Source: an uncultured Chromatiales bacterium
Lineage (GTDB): Bacteria; Pseudomonadota; Gammaproteobacteria; Poriferisulfidales; Poriferisulfidaceae
Assembly: GCA_964526195.1 (NCBI GenBank)
Contig: CAZGIH010000013.1
Location: 74,707-138,706 of the forward strand
Reading direction: 5' to 3'
Length of the DNA: 64,000 nt
A program made the translations under genes and the position numbers. Of the stretch, positions 1 to 10,184 are shown one piece after another. Under the pieces are notes generated by a model. The model saw only the letters and a program-made list of their open reading frames with translations. It was not told where the DNA came from and ran no database searches. Position 1 is the stretch's first letter; every line of letters begins with the position of its first letter.

Positions 1-2
1 GC

Positions 3-650
3 GAGGAATACCTGCGCCATATCAATGGCATGGCGATCGGTCCCGCCGAGTTCGAGGGCCTGTTGCGCGGACGCTATTTCTACCATCGAAGCTATAACTT
101 CACTCTCGCGTTCCCGGAAAGATGGGAGGCCAAGAACTTCCCGGACCGCTTGATTGCGCAGGCGCCGGGCCGGGACATGCAGATCCGGCTGACCTTGATT
201 GAACGGAATGCCCGGCAGCCTTCCTGCGATTTTCTAAGCCAGCGGTTCGAGAACCTGGCTCAGTTGAGGGTCCGTGCGACGGAAGGGTTTTCTGGATGCC
301 AGGCGCGGGTTTGGGATAGCCGGTCTGCGGCGGACATCTTGGTCTTGGAACATTCTTCCGAGATTTTCCTGGTTGTGGCTGCGCAGTCGGACCGCCCGGA
401 AGCATTTCGGCGCTACGCCGGGGCAATACAAGAGACGTTCCAAAGTTTGAGGCCGATGACGAAGACCGAATACGATGCGGCGCGGCCGCCCCAGTTGAAG
501 ATCGTTGAGTCCAAAGCCGGAGATACCTATGCCGCATACGCCGAGGGTGCCGAATGGGACCCGTATCCCGAAGATCAATTGAGGCTTTTCAATGCGGCGT
601 ATCCGTCGGGGGAACCGACTCCCGGAGAGGCGGTCAAAGTCGTACGCTGA
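3..650 (+). CDS. C-terminal part of a probable M48-family metalloprotease with a C-terminal LysM-like domain (5' truncated by the window)
   Basis: The frame is open from the window edge (EEYLRHINGMAIG...GRYFYH...). The C-terminal GDTY...LRLFNAAYPSGEPTPGEAVKVV matches the LysM-like tail of this family. Confidence 0.65.
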   Translation, partial: EEYLRHINGMAIGPAEFEGLLRGRYFYHRSYNFTLAFPERWEAKNFPDRLIAQAPGRDMQIRLTLIERNARQPSCDFLSQRFENLAQLRVRATEGFSGCQARVWDSRSAADILVLEHSSEIFLVVAAQSDRPEAFRRYAGAIQETFQSLRPMTKTEYDAARPPQLKIVESKAGDTYAAYAEGAEWDPYPEDQLRLFNAAYPSGEPTPGEAVKVVR

Positions 651-708
651 CGTTTTTTTGGGAGGCGCGGCGGTGGGGAGGGCGGCGACCATAAATTAGA
701 ATACCTTT

Positions 709-1026
709 ATGAGTTCCACCGAATGCATCCTTGCCCTGACGACGGTTTCCGACGAGCTACAGGCACGGGATCTTGCACGACAACTGGTCGAGAGCCGCCT
801 AGCTGCCTGCGTCAACCAAGTTCGCGTCGCTTCTACTTACAGTTGGAAAGGGGCGGTGGAAGAAGAACCGGAAATCCTGCTGCTGATCAAGACTACCCGC
901 GCCCGGCAGGCAGATCTTCAGAATGCCCTGCTGGAAGCCCATCCTTACGAATTGCCGGAATTCATCACTCTTCCGATCACGGACGGTTCGGAGCCGTATC
1001 TGAAATGGCTGCAAGACTCCGTCTGA
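709..1026 (+). CDS. cutA: Divalent-cation tolerance protein CutA
   Basis: LVESRLAACVN, STYSWKG, LLIKT and HPYELPE motifs; lies upstream of dsbD as usual. Confidence 0.95.
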   Translation: MSSTECILALTTVSDELQARDLARQLVESRLAACVNQVRVASTYSWKGAVEEEPEILLLIKTTRARQADLQNALLEAHPYELPEFITLPITDGSEPYLKWLQDSV

Positions 1027-2810
1027 TCCTTTTGTTGCCGTGGCTGGTGGCGCTGCCGGTCGGGGCCGCGGACCTGTTCGACTCGGGGGAGCAGGAGTTC
1101 CTGCATCCGGACGAGGCGTTCGTTCTGACCGTGATGCCTGAGGACTCGGAGAGATTTCAGGCATCTTTCAGGGTCGCCGAGGGGTATTACCTGTACCGGG
1201 ACAAGACCAGTTTTTCCATCGAGGGGGACAATGCCGGGCTTATGCCATACGAGTTGCCGTCAGGTGTTGTCAAGGATGACCCGTTGTTCGGGAAAGTCCA
1301 GACGTGGTCGGGCGATGTCGCGGTGGATCTGCGCTTGGCAGAAGCATCGGCGGGATCCGGCGGAGTTGCTTTAGTTGCGAACTATCAGGGGTGCGCCGAG
1401 AAGGGCGTCTGCTATCCGCCGCAGACCAAAATCCTGAAAGTCAGCCTGGGTGCTTCGGAACTGGAGCCCTCTCCCGCTGGGGGAACGGAAGACCGTCCGG
1501 GCGGTTTACTGTCGCGTTCCGATCAGATTGCCAAAGACCTGTCCGACGAAACCTTAATCTGGAGTTTCATCGTGTTCGGGGGATTCGGCCTGTTGCTGGC
1601 GTTCACGCCGTGCGTATTGCCGATGATTCCGATTCTGGCCGGTGTGATCGCGGGTGCCAATGCCGGTACGGCCCGTGCGTTGCGCCTGTCGCTGGTCTAC
1701 GTGCTGGCGATGGCGACCACCTACGCGATGCTCGGGATCATCATCGGCTTGACTGGAGCCAACCTTCAGGCGTACATGCAGAACGTCTGGGTGATTGGCG
1801 GTTTCGTGCTGATTCTGCTTCTGATGGCCCTGTCGATGTTCGGCGTCTACGACTTCCGTATGCCGGCGGGTCTTCACAATTTCCTGCACCAGGTGGGGGA
1901 AAGGTTCGTGGGCAGTGGCAGTTATCTGAGTGCTGTAGTCATGGGCCTTCTCGGAGCGCTGGTGGCCAGTCCTTGTGTGTCGCCGCCCTTGGTAGGGGCC
2001 TTGATTCACATTGCTGATACCGGCAATCCTGTGCGCGGCGCAGTCAGCTTGTTCGGGATGGGGCTGGGATTGGGACTCCCGCTGTTGGCATTCGGCACTT
2101 TCGAAGGCCGTTTCATGCCGCATTCGGGGCCTTGGATGGTACGGGTCAAGGCAGTATTCGGCGTATTGTTGCTGGCGCTTTCGATTTGGATGCTGGACCG
2201 GGTGGTACCCGGACAGGTGACATTGGGATTGAGTGGACTGCTGTTGCTGTTGCTTGGCATGATCCTCCACGCCGTCGAATCTCTGCCTCCGGATGCCAAC
2301 GCGTTGAATCGCCTTAAGAGAGGCGTGGGGCTGGCATTTCTCATTTACGGTGGGGTCCTGCTGGTGGGGGCCGCGACCGGGGGCGACAGCCTGGTGCGGC
2401 CTTGGGCGCATTTCACGAATCCCTCGGAATCGGTCGAATCGTCAGTAGACTTCCACCCCATCAAGACCGTGGCAGACCTGAACCGGGAGTTGGCAGCTGC
2501 GAGAGGCCAGCCAGTGCTGGTTGATTTTTACGCCGATTGGTGCGTGACCTGCCACGAGCTTGAAACATTCACGTTTTCTGACTCTGACGTTCAGGCGCGG
2601 ATGCGCCGTTTTGCGCTTTTGAAAGCCGACGTCACGGCCAACGATGAAGATGACAAGGAATTGCTCGAATCACTGGGCCTGTTCGGGCCGCCCGCAATCC
2701 TTTTCTATGCCCCTGACGGAGAGGAATTGCGCGCGTACAGAACCGTCAGCTATGTTCCCGCACCCCAGTTCGCCGCAATGCTTGACGAGGTCCTCGAATT
2801 CTCAGAATAG
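1005..2810 (+). CDS. dsbD: Thiol:disulfide interchange protein DsbD
   Basis: Signal peptide from ATG 1005; YQGCAEKGVCYPP, FTPCVLPMIP, SPCVSPP and the thioredoxin motif DFYADWCVTC. Confidence 0.95.
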   Translation: MAARLRLILLLPWLVALPVGAADLFDSGEQEFLHPDEAFVLTVMPEDSERFQASFRVAEGYYLYRDKTSFSIEGDNAGLMPYELPSGVVKDDPLFGKVQTWSGDVAVDLRLAEASAGSGGVALVANYQGCAEKGVCYPPQTKILKVSLGASELEPSPAGGTEDRPGGLLSRSDQIAKDLSDETLIWSFIVFGGFGLLLAFTPCVLPMIPILAGVIAGANAGTARALRLSLVYVLAMATTYAMLGIIIGLTGANLQAYMQNVWVIGGFVLILLLMALSMFGVYDFRMPAGLHNFLHQVGERFVGSGSYLSAVVMGLLGALVASPCVSPPLVGALIHIADTGNPVRGAVSLFGMGLGLGLPLLAFGTFEGRFMPHSGPWMVRVKAVFGVLLLALSIWMLDRVVPGQVTLGLSGLLLLLLGMILHAVESLPPDANALNRLKRGVGLAFLIYGGVLLVGAATGGDSLVRPWAHFTNPSESVESSVDFHPIKTVADLNRELAAARGQPVLVDFYADWCVTCHELETFTFSDSDVQARMRRFALLKADVTANDEDDKELLESLGLFGPPAILFYAPDGEELRAYRTVSYVPAPQFAAMLDEVLEFSE

Positions 2811-2921
2811 TCTTTATTTATTGATATCTTCCTCTATTTAACGCCAAAATAACTGTAAAATCCCGTTTTTTGCATTTTGTGGTAAACTGAATGCCGTTCA
2901 GGCAATAAGTTTAGGTTCCTT

Positions 2922-3368
2922 ATGTCGCGCATTCTAGTTCTCAACGGCCCCAACCTCAACCTTCTAGGAACTCGCGAACCCGAGATCTATGGTTCGGCTT
3001 CCTTGGAAGAGATCATGGAGGAGGTCGGGGCATATGCGGTGCACCATGATTGCACCATCGAAACCCTGCAGTCCAACTCCGAGAGCGAACTGGTGAACCG
3101 GATTCACCAGGCGCGCGAGGACAAGGTGGAATTCATCCTGTTCAATCCGGGGGCGCTGACGCACACCAGCATTGCACTTCGGGACGCGTTGCTGGGCACT
3201 TCGATTCCATTCATCGAAGTCCACTTGTCCAACGTGTTCGCACGCGAGGATTTCCGGCAGGTATCCTACCTGTCCGATATCGCAATCGGCGTGATTTCCG
3301 GCCTTGGGGCACAAGGTTATGTGTTGGCACTGCAGGCAGCTGTGGCCTGGCTGGAGAAAAACGCCTGA
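2922..3368 (+). CDS. aroQ: Type II 3-dehydroquinate dehydratase
   Basis: [27 protein letters not shown] and EVHLSN motifs. Confidence 0.97.
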   Translation: MSRILVLNGPNLNLLGTREPEIYGSASLEEIMEEVGAYAVHHDCTIETLQSNSESELVNRIHQAREDKVEFILFNPGALTHTSIALRDALLGTSIPFIEVHLSNVFAREDFRQVSYLSDIAIGVISGLGAQGYVLALQAAVAWLEKNA

Positions 3369-3835
3369 TGGATCTGCGAAAGATCAAGAGCCTAATCCAG
3401 TTGCTGGAGGAATCCGATGTTGCGGAGATCGAGATCTCCGAGGGCGAAGAATCGGTTCGCATCAGTCGTACCAGTCCGGCCGCCGTTCCCGCGCCCCAGG
3501 TTCATGTCCCCATCCCCGCAACGGCACCGGTAACCCCGGGCGCACCTGCCGAACCTCTGCCTGATACTGAGGAGGAGTCACCCGGGGATGATCTTCCGGC
3601 AGGACACCGGGTTGTGTCGCCGATGGTCGGAACGTTCTATTCCGCTCCTTCTCCGGGCGCGAAGCCTTTTGTCAACGTGGGAGATCAAGTCGCAGAAGGC
3701 GACACCTTGTGCATCGTGGAGGCCATGAAGATGCTAAACCGGATCGAGGCCGACAAGGGGGGAGCGGTCCGGGCCATCCTGGTCGAAAACGCGACGCCCG
3801 TGGAATACGGGCAGGCACTGTTCATCATCGGCTGA
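3368..3835 (+). CDS. accB: Acetyl-CoA carboxylase biotin carboxyl carrier protein
   Basis: Starts [10 protein letters not shown] at ATG 3368 (TGATG overlap with aroQ); SPMVGTFY and the EAMKM biotinylation motif. Confidence 0.97.
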   Translation: MDLRKIKSLIQLLEESDVAEIEISEGEESVRISRTSPAAVPAPQVHVPIPATAPVTPGAPAEPLPDTEEESPGDDLPAGHRVVSPMVGTFYSAPSPGAKPFVNVGDQVAEGDTLCIVEAMKMLNRIEADKGGAVRAILVENATPVEYGQALFIIG

Positions 3836-3841
3836 AAGGCG

Positions 3842-5191
3842 GTGCTGGAAAAAGTCCTGATCGCCAATCGCGGGGAAATCGCCCTGCGTATCCTGCGAGC
3901 TTGCCGGGATCTTGGGGTCCGAACCGTGGCGGTGCATTCCGAAGTGGATCGGGACCTCCTGCATGTGCGGTTGGCGGATGAGTCGGTGTGCATCGGTCCC
4001 GCAGATTCCCAGCAGAGCTACTTGAATATCCCCGCCATCATTTCGGCGGCTGAGGTCACTAATGCCGATGCCATCCACCCTGGCTACGGTTTTCTTTCTG
4101 AAAATGCGGATTTCGCCGAGCGTGTGGAGTCCAGCGGTTTTATCTTCGTTGGGCCGCAGGCGCAGAACATTCGTGAAATGGGCGACAAGGCGGCGGCCCG
4201 AAAGGCGGCTTTGGCAGCTGGTCTCCCGTGTGTGCCGGGTAGTGACGGGGAACTAACCGACTCCCTTGAAGACAGCAAGGCACAGGCCCGCGAAGTGGGT
4301 TACCCGGTCCTGATCAAGGCGACCGCAGGTGGAGGAGGACGCGGCATGCGGGTGGTTCGGGAGGAAGCGGAGTTGGAAGAATCTCTGGAGTTAACCCGGG
4401 CCGAGGCGCAGGCGGCTTTCGGGAATGGGGCGGTCTATCTGGAGAAATTCCTGGACCATCCCCGGCACATCGAGTTTCAGATACTGGCCGATGCCCATGG
4501 CGAAGTCATTCATCTTGCCGAACGCGATTGCTCGGTACAGCGCCGACATCAGAAAGTCATTGAGGAATCCCCGGCACCCGGCATCACGGAGGAGCAACGC
4601 ATGGAACTGGGCGAGCGGGTAACCGCAGCCTGCAAGAAGATGAATTACCGAAGCGTAGGAACGTTCGAATTCCTGTATCAGGACGGAGAGTTCTATTTCA
4701 TAGAAATGAACACCCGGATTCAGGTCGAGCATCCGGTGACTGAGATGGTCACCGGCATTGACTTGGTACGCCACCAGTTGCTGGTTGCACAGGGTGAGCC
4801 CTTGTCTATCCGGCAGTCCGAAGTGCGTCTGCGCGGACATGCCGTGGAATGCCGGATCAATGCGGAAGATCCGAAGACTTTCCTGCCTCAGCCTGGTAAG
4901 GTCACGCACTTCCACAGCCCTGGTGGTCCCGGCGTGCGCATGGACACGCACTTGTACACCGGCTACACCGTGCCGCCGAACTACGATTCCATGATCGGCA
5001 AGGTCATCGCACATGCACGGGACCGCACCGTGGCCCTGCGCCGGATGAACCGCGCCTTGACGGAGTTGGTGGTCGAGGGCATCCGCACCAATGTCCCGCT
5101 CCATCAGGAACTGCTAGAAGACCCACAGTTCCAGGAGGGCGGCGTGAATATCCATTTCCTTGAGAATCGTGCGGCTTCGGCCGAGGAGTGA
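3842..5191 (+). CDS. accC: Acetyl-CoA carboxylase biotin carboxylase
   Basis: [29 protein letters not shown] and [14 protein letters not shown]. Confidence 0.98.
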   Translation: MLEKVLIANRGEIALRILRACRDLGVRTVAVHSEVDRDLLHVRLADESVCIGPADSQQSYLNIPAIISAAEVTNADAIHPGYGFLSENADFAERVESSGFIFVGPQAQNIREMGDKAAARKAALAAGLPCVPGSDGELTDSLEDSKAQAREVGYPVLIKATAGGGGRGMRVVREEAELEESLELTRAEAQAAFGNGAVYLEKFLDHPRHIEFQILADAHGEVIHLAERDCSVQRRHQKVIEESPAPGITEEQRMELGERVTAACKKMNYRSVGTFEFLYQDGEFYFIEMNTRIQVEHPVTEMVTGIDLVRHQLLVAQGEPLSIRQSEVRLRGHAVECRINAEDPKTFLPQPGKVTHFHSPGGPGVRMDTHLYTGYTVPPNYDSMIGKVIAHARDRTVALRRMNRALTELVVEGIRTNVPLHQELLEDPQFQEGGVNIHFLENRAASAEE

Positions 5192-5442
5192 TGCGGGGGT
5201 TCGTGCCGCCGGATCCGGAGACTTCCGTCTCAGGCACTCATTACGCGGTCATTCAGGCCCCGAACCGGGACCGGCGACGCTTTCCAGCCGGGATCGTCCG
5301 GATCGTGGAGGATTCCGATGCGGCAGTCCGGCAGGCGAAGGCCGAGGCCAATTGCCATGCGGCTCAGGTTCTAGGGCCGTCAAAATCCTCCGAAGGACAA
5401 TATCTGTACTATCTGATCGAGTGGCTTGACAGCAGCAACTGA
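5188..5442 (+). CDS. Small hypothetical protein
   Basis: Overlaps the accC stop (GTGA); plausible protein ending [18 protein letters not shown]. Confidence 0.6.
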   Translation: MMRGFVPPDPETSVSGTHYAVIQAPNRDRRRFPAGIVRIVEDSDAAVRQAKAEANCHAAQVLGPSKSSEGQYLYYLIEWLDSSN

Positions 5443-5473
5443 GCCTGATGTATCCGAGCCACCAAGACGGAAC

Positions 5474-6298
5474 TTAGCGCCTTGAAAGCCCGTCCAACAA
5501 GGGGGCCCAGGCGAAATCGGGGTCTCCGAGCACCAGAAAGGGAGGGTTTATCAGATTCTCTCTGAGGTTGTAGCGAAGCGGTTGTAATTCCCAGTCGACA
5601 AGTTGCCCGCCCGCTTCTTCCACGATGCATTGGGCAGCCGCCGTGTCCCATTCGTGAGTTGAACCGCAGCGCGGATACAGATCCAGGCTCCCTTCGGCAA
5701 CCTGGCAGCTTTTGAGCGAACTTCCGACCCGTTTCTCCTGATGCGGCCCGAGTCGCCTGAGGAATCGCTGCACTTCGGGTCGCGCATGGCTGAAACTGAC
5801 TGCCACGACTGAGGTTCCATTAGTGGGATAGGAACGGCTGTGTATGGCGACAGGTGACTTTTCTCCTTGTACTCGCCAAGCGCCACCGCCGCGGTGCGCA
5901 TAGTAGAGGAGATCCAGGGCGGGGGCTCCGATGATGCCCAGCACGGGCTGTTGATGGTGGATCAGGGCGATGTTGACAGTGAATTCATTGCTCTGCCTGA
6001 GCAGTTCGCGCGTGCCGTCCAAGGGATCGACCAGCCAATAGGTGTCCCAGTTTCGACGGGTCTCCCAAGGGGTCGGAGTGGGGTTCTCTTCCGACAGTAT
6101 CGGCCAGTGCTTATCCAGTGCCTCCAGCCGTTCGAAAATGCACTGATGCGCCGCCAAGTCGGCCGTGGTAACCGGAGAGCGATCGGTCTTTTCGTAGACT
6201 TCGTAGCCCGCGCAGCGGACTTCCAGAATGCTTGCCCCGGCGTCGATGGTGATCTGCCGCACTTCGGGCAGGAGTTGGGCAAGCTGTTCGGAATCCAT
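5474..6298 (-). CDS. cysQ: 3'(2'),5'-bisphosphate nucleotidase CysQ
   Basis: SPVTTADLAAH, ILSEE, YWLVDPLDGTRE, GSSLK and EWDTAAAQ. The start could alternatively be 6322. Confidence 0.93.
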   Translation of the reverse strand: MDSEQLAQLLPEVRQITIDAGASILEVRCAGYEVYEKTDRSPVTTADLAAHQCIFERLEALDKHWPILSEENPTPTPWETRRNWDTYWLVDPLDGTRELLRQSNEFTVNIALIHHQQPVLGIIGAPALDLLYYAHRGGGAWRVQGEKSPVAIHSRSYPTNGTSVVAVSFSHARPEVQRFLRRLGPHQEKRVGSSLKSCQVAEGSLDLYPRCGSTHEWDTAAAQCIVEEAGGQLVDWELQPLRYNLRENLINPPFLVLGDPDFAWAPLLDGLSRR

Positions 6299-6383
6299 CG
6301 GGGATGTGGCGGGATGCGCCATCCTAACAAATTGACGAAGAAGGGGAGTGTAAAATCCAATTTATACGGGTTCAAGCAGCAAC

Positions 6384-7055
6384 ATGATCAACTGGAATGT
6401 CATTGATACCGTCCTTCTGGACATGGACGGAACGTTGCTGGACCTGCGGTTCGACTCCCATTTCTGGTACCACCATCTGCCGCAGCGTTTCGCGGAGACT
6501 TACGGGTTGGAATTCTCGGAGGCCAAAGCGGACCTGACTGCCCGCTACCGCGAGATGCGCGGCACTTTGCAGTGGTATTGTGCAGATTACTGGAGCGAGG
6601 AGTTGGGCTTAGACGTCGCCGCGCTCAAGCATGAAATCCGCCATCGCGTGACGCGCATGCCCCATGTCGAAGAATTCTTGGTTCGGGTCAACGACAGCGG
6701 CAGGCCTTGTTTCTTGGTGACCAACGCGCACCCCAAGTTCATCGACATCAAACTGGAAGAATCCCAGATCCGACCCTACTTCCAGAAAGTCGTCAGTTCC
6801 CATGAGTTTCGGGTGCCCAAGGAAAGCCCGGAATTCTGGATAGCCTTGCATGACGAGGTGGAACACGAACCTGCCCGGACGCTCATGGTGGACGACGACC
6901 CGAATGTCCTGAAGCATGCGGAGGCCGCAGGCATTGGCTGCCTGCTGACGGTCCGGCAGCCCGACAGTGGTCAGCCGGAGCGGGAACAGTTGGCGTACCC
7001 GGCGATCCGGGATTTTTCCGACATCATGCCGCCTAGCCCCGATCCCACCGCTTGA
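6384..7055 (+). CDS. yrfG: GMP/IMP nucleotidase (HAD family)
   Basis: IDTVLLDMDGTLLDL, LVTNAH and VDD motifs typical of YrfG. Confidence 0.88.
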   Translation: MINWNVIDTVLLDMDGTLLDLRFDSHFWYHHLPQRFAETYGLEFSEAKADLTARYREMRGTLQWYCADYWSEELGLDVAALKHEIRHRVTRMPHVEEFLVRVNDSGRPCFLVTNAHPKFIDIKLEESQIRPYFQKVVSSHEFRVPKESPEFWIALHDEVEHEPARTLMVDDDPNVLKHAEAAGIGCLLTVRQPDSGQPEREQLAYPAIRDFSDIMPPSPDPTA

Positions 7056-7401
7056 AGCGTTTTTTGCAGTATTTGAGCAGGCTGTTGTAATCCGGGAAAT
7101 AAAGGTCGAATCCCTCTTCGGGCGGCTGATCGTATTCGCAGAAGTCGTTGCTGTGGTCGCGGCAGATCTGCGGACGGATTTCGTAAATTCCGCAACGTCC
7201 GTCCTTCTGCAGGTGTTTGCAGGTAGTCTCGAACATCAGGGTCCAGCCATCGGAATCCTTGTATGCGCTGACTTGGTCGTGGGAGACTTGCCAGAGCAGG
7301 TGTTCGTAGTCGTATTTTGAGCGGGGTGTGTCGATTTCCTGTGTGACGTAATGGCAACACAGGGAGTTGGTGCAGAAGTCGCACTTGTTCTCCGGAGTCA
7401 T
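7033..7401 (-). CDS. YkgJ-family cysteine-cluster protein
   Basis: CDFC-x3-CC and C-x7-CGIYEIRPQICR cysteine pattern. Confidence 0.8.
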   Translation of the reverse strand: MTPENKCDFCTNSLCCHYVTQEIDTPRSKYDYEHLLWQVSHDQVSAYKDSDGWTLMFETTCKHLQKDGRCGIYEIRPQICRDHSNDFCEYDQPPEEGFDLYFPDYNSLLKYCKKRFKRWDRG

Positions 7402-7445
7402 CTTGACGCCTTTGGCGACGACCGGGATGGCAATGGATTCCAGTA

Positions 7446-7847
7446 TCAATTGTCCTCCTGTGATCGCCTCCAGGAGAAAGAACAATCTAGTTCGGCACGC
7501 ACCCGGCACAGACCGTTGACACCATCATCCAGCATCAGCGACAGGGGTGTCCGTTTCCGGAATCGGCGGTGCGGCGTAACCAGCCAGCGTGCCCCAATGC
7601 GGCTATTGCGTGGGAATGAAGTACGCAGGGCGTCGGCGATACCAACGATGTGTTCTGCCCGTACGATCAGGGGAGGATCGTCCGGCAAGGCTTCACCACG
7701 ACGAAAACGTTCAAGTTGCGTACTGCGGGTCTTTTTCGGCAATGCCAGGATGGTTACGATCTCGTCCGTATTGAGCTGCCACTGGTCAAGAACTGCCATG
7801 GTCTGACGCGCCATTCTTGCTCGTGATTCCTCTGACGGGGAACTCAT
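7446..7847 (-). CDS. DUF2384 (MbcA/ParS/Xre antitoxin-like) domain protein
   Basis: C-terminal WLVTPHRRFRKRTPLSLM...GL..VRAELDC motif; no cognate RES toxin adjacent. Confidence 0.7.
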   Translation of the reverse strand: MSSPSEESRARMARQTMAVLDQWQLNTDEIVTILALPKKTRSTQLERFRRGEALPDDPPLIVRAEHIVGIADALRTSFPRNSRIGARWLVTPHRRFRKRTPLSLMLDDGVNGLCRVRAELDCSFSWRRSQEDN

Positions 7848-8119
7848 GAATCCAGCTTGCGTTTCGTGGTGGGCATTGGCACGGCTTGGGTGGTCTTGGG
7901 TTCGTCCGCGTATCGGGGCCGTTCACGAGAGGTTTTTCCTGTAGCTTCCATCAACTCTCGCTCCCTAGTGGAGATCAACTCGAATGCTTCCCGTATGTCC
8001 TGCAAAGTCTGCGGAGACAAGGGGTTTTTCATCCCCGGAGGCGGCGTGACTTCCCGCACGATCTGTGCCAGAATCTTGCGCATCACCACGAGAATTCGCT
8101 GTTCGACGGTACGTTCCAT
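7844..8119 (-). CDS. Conserved hypothetical protein
   Basis: EQRILVVMRKILAQIVREVTPPPGMKNPLS...ERPRYADEP; ATGA coupling to the next gene. Confidence 0.7.
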   Translation of the reverse strand: MERTVEQRILVVMRKILAQIVREVTPPPGMKNPLSPQTLQDIREAFELISTRERELMEATGKTSRERPRYADEPKTTQAVPMPTTKRKLDS

Positions 8120-8177
8120 GTGCAGTGCACCCAGAGCCTTCCGCCAGTATAGCAAGCGCTAGGAACGGATTTGAAGC

Positions 8178-8495
8178 ATGAGTGAAAGCCAAGCGAGATT
8201 TGCCTTAGGGCAACTGGTCACGCATCGCTTGTTCGGATATCGGGGCGTAATTTTTGATGTGGATCCGGTATTTCAAGGAAGCGACGAGTGGTACGAACGC
8301 AATGCGCGATCCCGACCCCCTCGGGATCGACCCTGGTACCGGGTGCTGGTCGACGGCCAGCCGCTTGAGACCTATGTGGCGGAACGCAATCTGGAACTGG
8401 ATGAAGAATCGCGCCCGATTCGGCACCCACTGGCCGATCAAATCTTCAGCGGGTTTTACGACGGGCAGTATGTCTTGCGCGAGCGGCACAATTAA
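8178..8495 (+). CDS. hspQ: Heat shock protein HspQ (YccV-like)
   Basis: FALGQLVTHRLFGYRGVIFDVDP, PWYRVLVD and TYVAERNL. Confidence 0.92.
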   Translation: MSESQARFALGQLVTHRLFGYRGVIFDVDPVFQGSDEWYERNARSRPPRDRPWYRVLVDGQPLETYVAERNLELDEESRPIRHPLADQIFSGFYDGQYVLRERHN

Positions 8496-8634
8496 AACTT
8501 AAGTTTTCCTAAACTTTTTTTAGGTTTTGACAGTGCAATTCGTACAACGAATTTGCGCCCAGAGTTAACTGGGCCAATGGTTTTGGTAGATTGAGAAGAG
8601 CCTGTGTGTTGTATGGAAATCCTGTACGTCGATT

Positions 8635-9996
8635 ATGAATAGATTTGTTGCTTTTTGGGTGTGTGTGACCTGTGCACTGGTTATTCCGAACGCAATGGCG
8701 ACGAACGGTTATTTTGCTCACGGGTATGGAACAAAGAATAAAGGCATGGCAGGTGCGGGGGTTGCCCTGCCGCAGGATACGATTGCCGCGGCAACCAATC
8801 CCGCGGGGATGGTTCACCTTGGGGAAAGACTGGATGGCGGGTTAGCCATCTTCAGCCCGCGACGAGACTATGAAAGCAGTGCCAGCCAAGCAAATGGCAT
8901 GGGAGGCGCCTTTACGCTTGGGCCCGATGACATTCAAAGCGACCGAAATTATTTCCCAGTTCCCCACGTTGGATACAACTATCCGCTCGATTCGCAAAGT
9001 TCATTGGGAATCACGCTGTACGCAAATGGCGGAATGAATACGGTATGGAACGAGGGATCCTCTACCTTCGATCCAGATGGATCCGGCCCGAATCCGACGG
9101 AAACCTTTCCGGGAACCTATGGAGCGGGTGTTTCCGGTGTTGATTTGGCTCAGCTTTTCTTGGCGATTACCTATTCGAAAAAGGTCAATGAACAAGTTTC
9201 GTATGGAATCAGCCCAGTCTTGGCGGTTCAGGCTTTTCGAGTGAAAGGCCTGTCATCATTTGCCGCGTATACCGAAGAATTCGTGCGGAGCGATGGAGAA
9301 GTGCTGCCCAACGACCTAACCGACAATGGCAGAGATTTTTCGTTCGGTTATGGAGTAAGAGCTGGGATTCTCTGGAGCCCGACTTCTTATCTGTCCATCG
9401 GCGCAGCCTATCAATCGCGGATTTTCATGACCGAGTTCGATGACTATGACAACTTGTTCGCAGAAGAGGGTGATTTCGATATTCCGCCTTCCATGACAGC
9501 AGGCTTCGCCCTGAAACATACAAGTGGCTTAACGTTCGTGTTCGACTTTCAAAAAATCTGGTACAGCAAAGTCGATTCTCTGGCAAACCCGATTGCAAAC
9601 ATTTTCGATTGTCCTGCAGCCGGTGGAACCGACCCGGAAAGTTGCCTAGGAGGGAGCAATGGGGCGGGTTTCGGCTGGGAGGACATGGAAGTGTACAGAT
9701 TTGGCGTGCAGTACCCAATTGCTCCAAGCCTGGAACTGCGTGCGGGCGCCAGTTTTGCCGAGCATCCCATTGATCGGAGCGAAGTGTTGTTCAACATACT
9801 GGCCCCGGCTGTAGTGGAAAATCACTACACGCTGGGATTGACCAAGAAACTGTCCGGCGACCGGGAAATCAATATGGCGGTAATGTATTCCCCAACAGAA
9901 AGACAGGAGGGTTCGAACCCGTTTGATCCGACGCAAACGATTGAAATTGAAATCTATCAATATGACTTGGAAATAAGTTTCTCAAAAAAATTCTAG
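8635..9996 (+). CDS. Outer-membrane FadL/OmpP1/TodX-family transporter
   Basis: Signal peptide; ATNGYFAHGYG..KGMAGAGVA and the NPA motif; C-terminal aromatic beta-signal (...SFSKKF). Confidence 0.85.
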   Translation: MNRFVAFWVCVTCALVIPNAMATNGYFAHGYGTKNKGMAGAGVALPQDTIAAATNPAGMVHLGERLDGGLAIFSPRRDYESSASQANGMGGAFTLGPDDIQSDRNYFPVPHVGYNYPLDSQSSLGITLYANGGMNTVWNEGSSTFDPDGSGPNPTETFPGTYGAGVSGVDLAQLFLAITYSKKVNEQVSYGISPVLAVQAFRVKGLSSFAAYTEEFVRSDGEVLPNDLTDNGRDFSFGYGVRAGILWSPTSYLSIGAAYQSRIFMTEFDDYDNLFAEEGDFDIPPSMTAGFALKHTSGLTFVFDFQKIWYSKVDSLANPIANIFDCPAAGGTDPESCLGGSNGAGFGWEDMEVYRFGVQYPIAPSLELRAGASFAEHPIDRSEVLFNILAPAVVENHYTLGLTKKLSGDREINMAVMYSPTERQEGSNPFDPTQTIEIEIYQYDLEISFSKKF

Positions 9997-10046
9997 TGCT
10001 GGAATGAGGAGTTTCAGGTCTCCGCGAGAATCAATAGGAGAGGGTG

Positions 10047-10122
10047 TGGTGGCCAGGGACGGAATCGAACCGCCGACACGGGGATTTTCAGTCCCCTGCT
10101 CTACCGACTGAGCTACCTGGCC
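10047..10122 (-). tRNA. tRNA-Phe (GAA)
   Basis: The reverse complement is GGCCAGGTAGCTCAGTCGGTAGAGCAGGGGACTGAAAATCCCCGTGTCGGCGGTTCGATTCCGTCCCTGGCCACCA: a 76-nt cloverleaf with GAA anticodon and encoded CCA. Confidence 0.98.
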
Positions 10123-10184
10123 TTGATCTGAAAGCCCGCGAACAGGCGCGGGGCGCATTATACAAGGGGATGCCGCGTTCTTTG

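Noticed and set aside
7446-7847. Xre/MbcA-like antitoxin domain as part of a TA system
   Set aside because: No RES or other toxin gene is adjacent, and it sits in a host-like operon.
10047-10122. tRNA-Phe as the attachment site of an integrated element
   Set aside because: I saw no duplicated tRNA 3' end and no integrase in the window.
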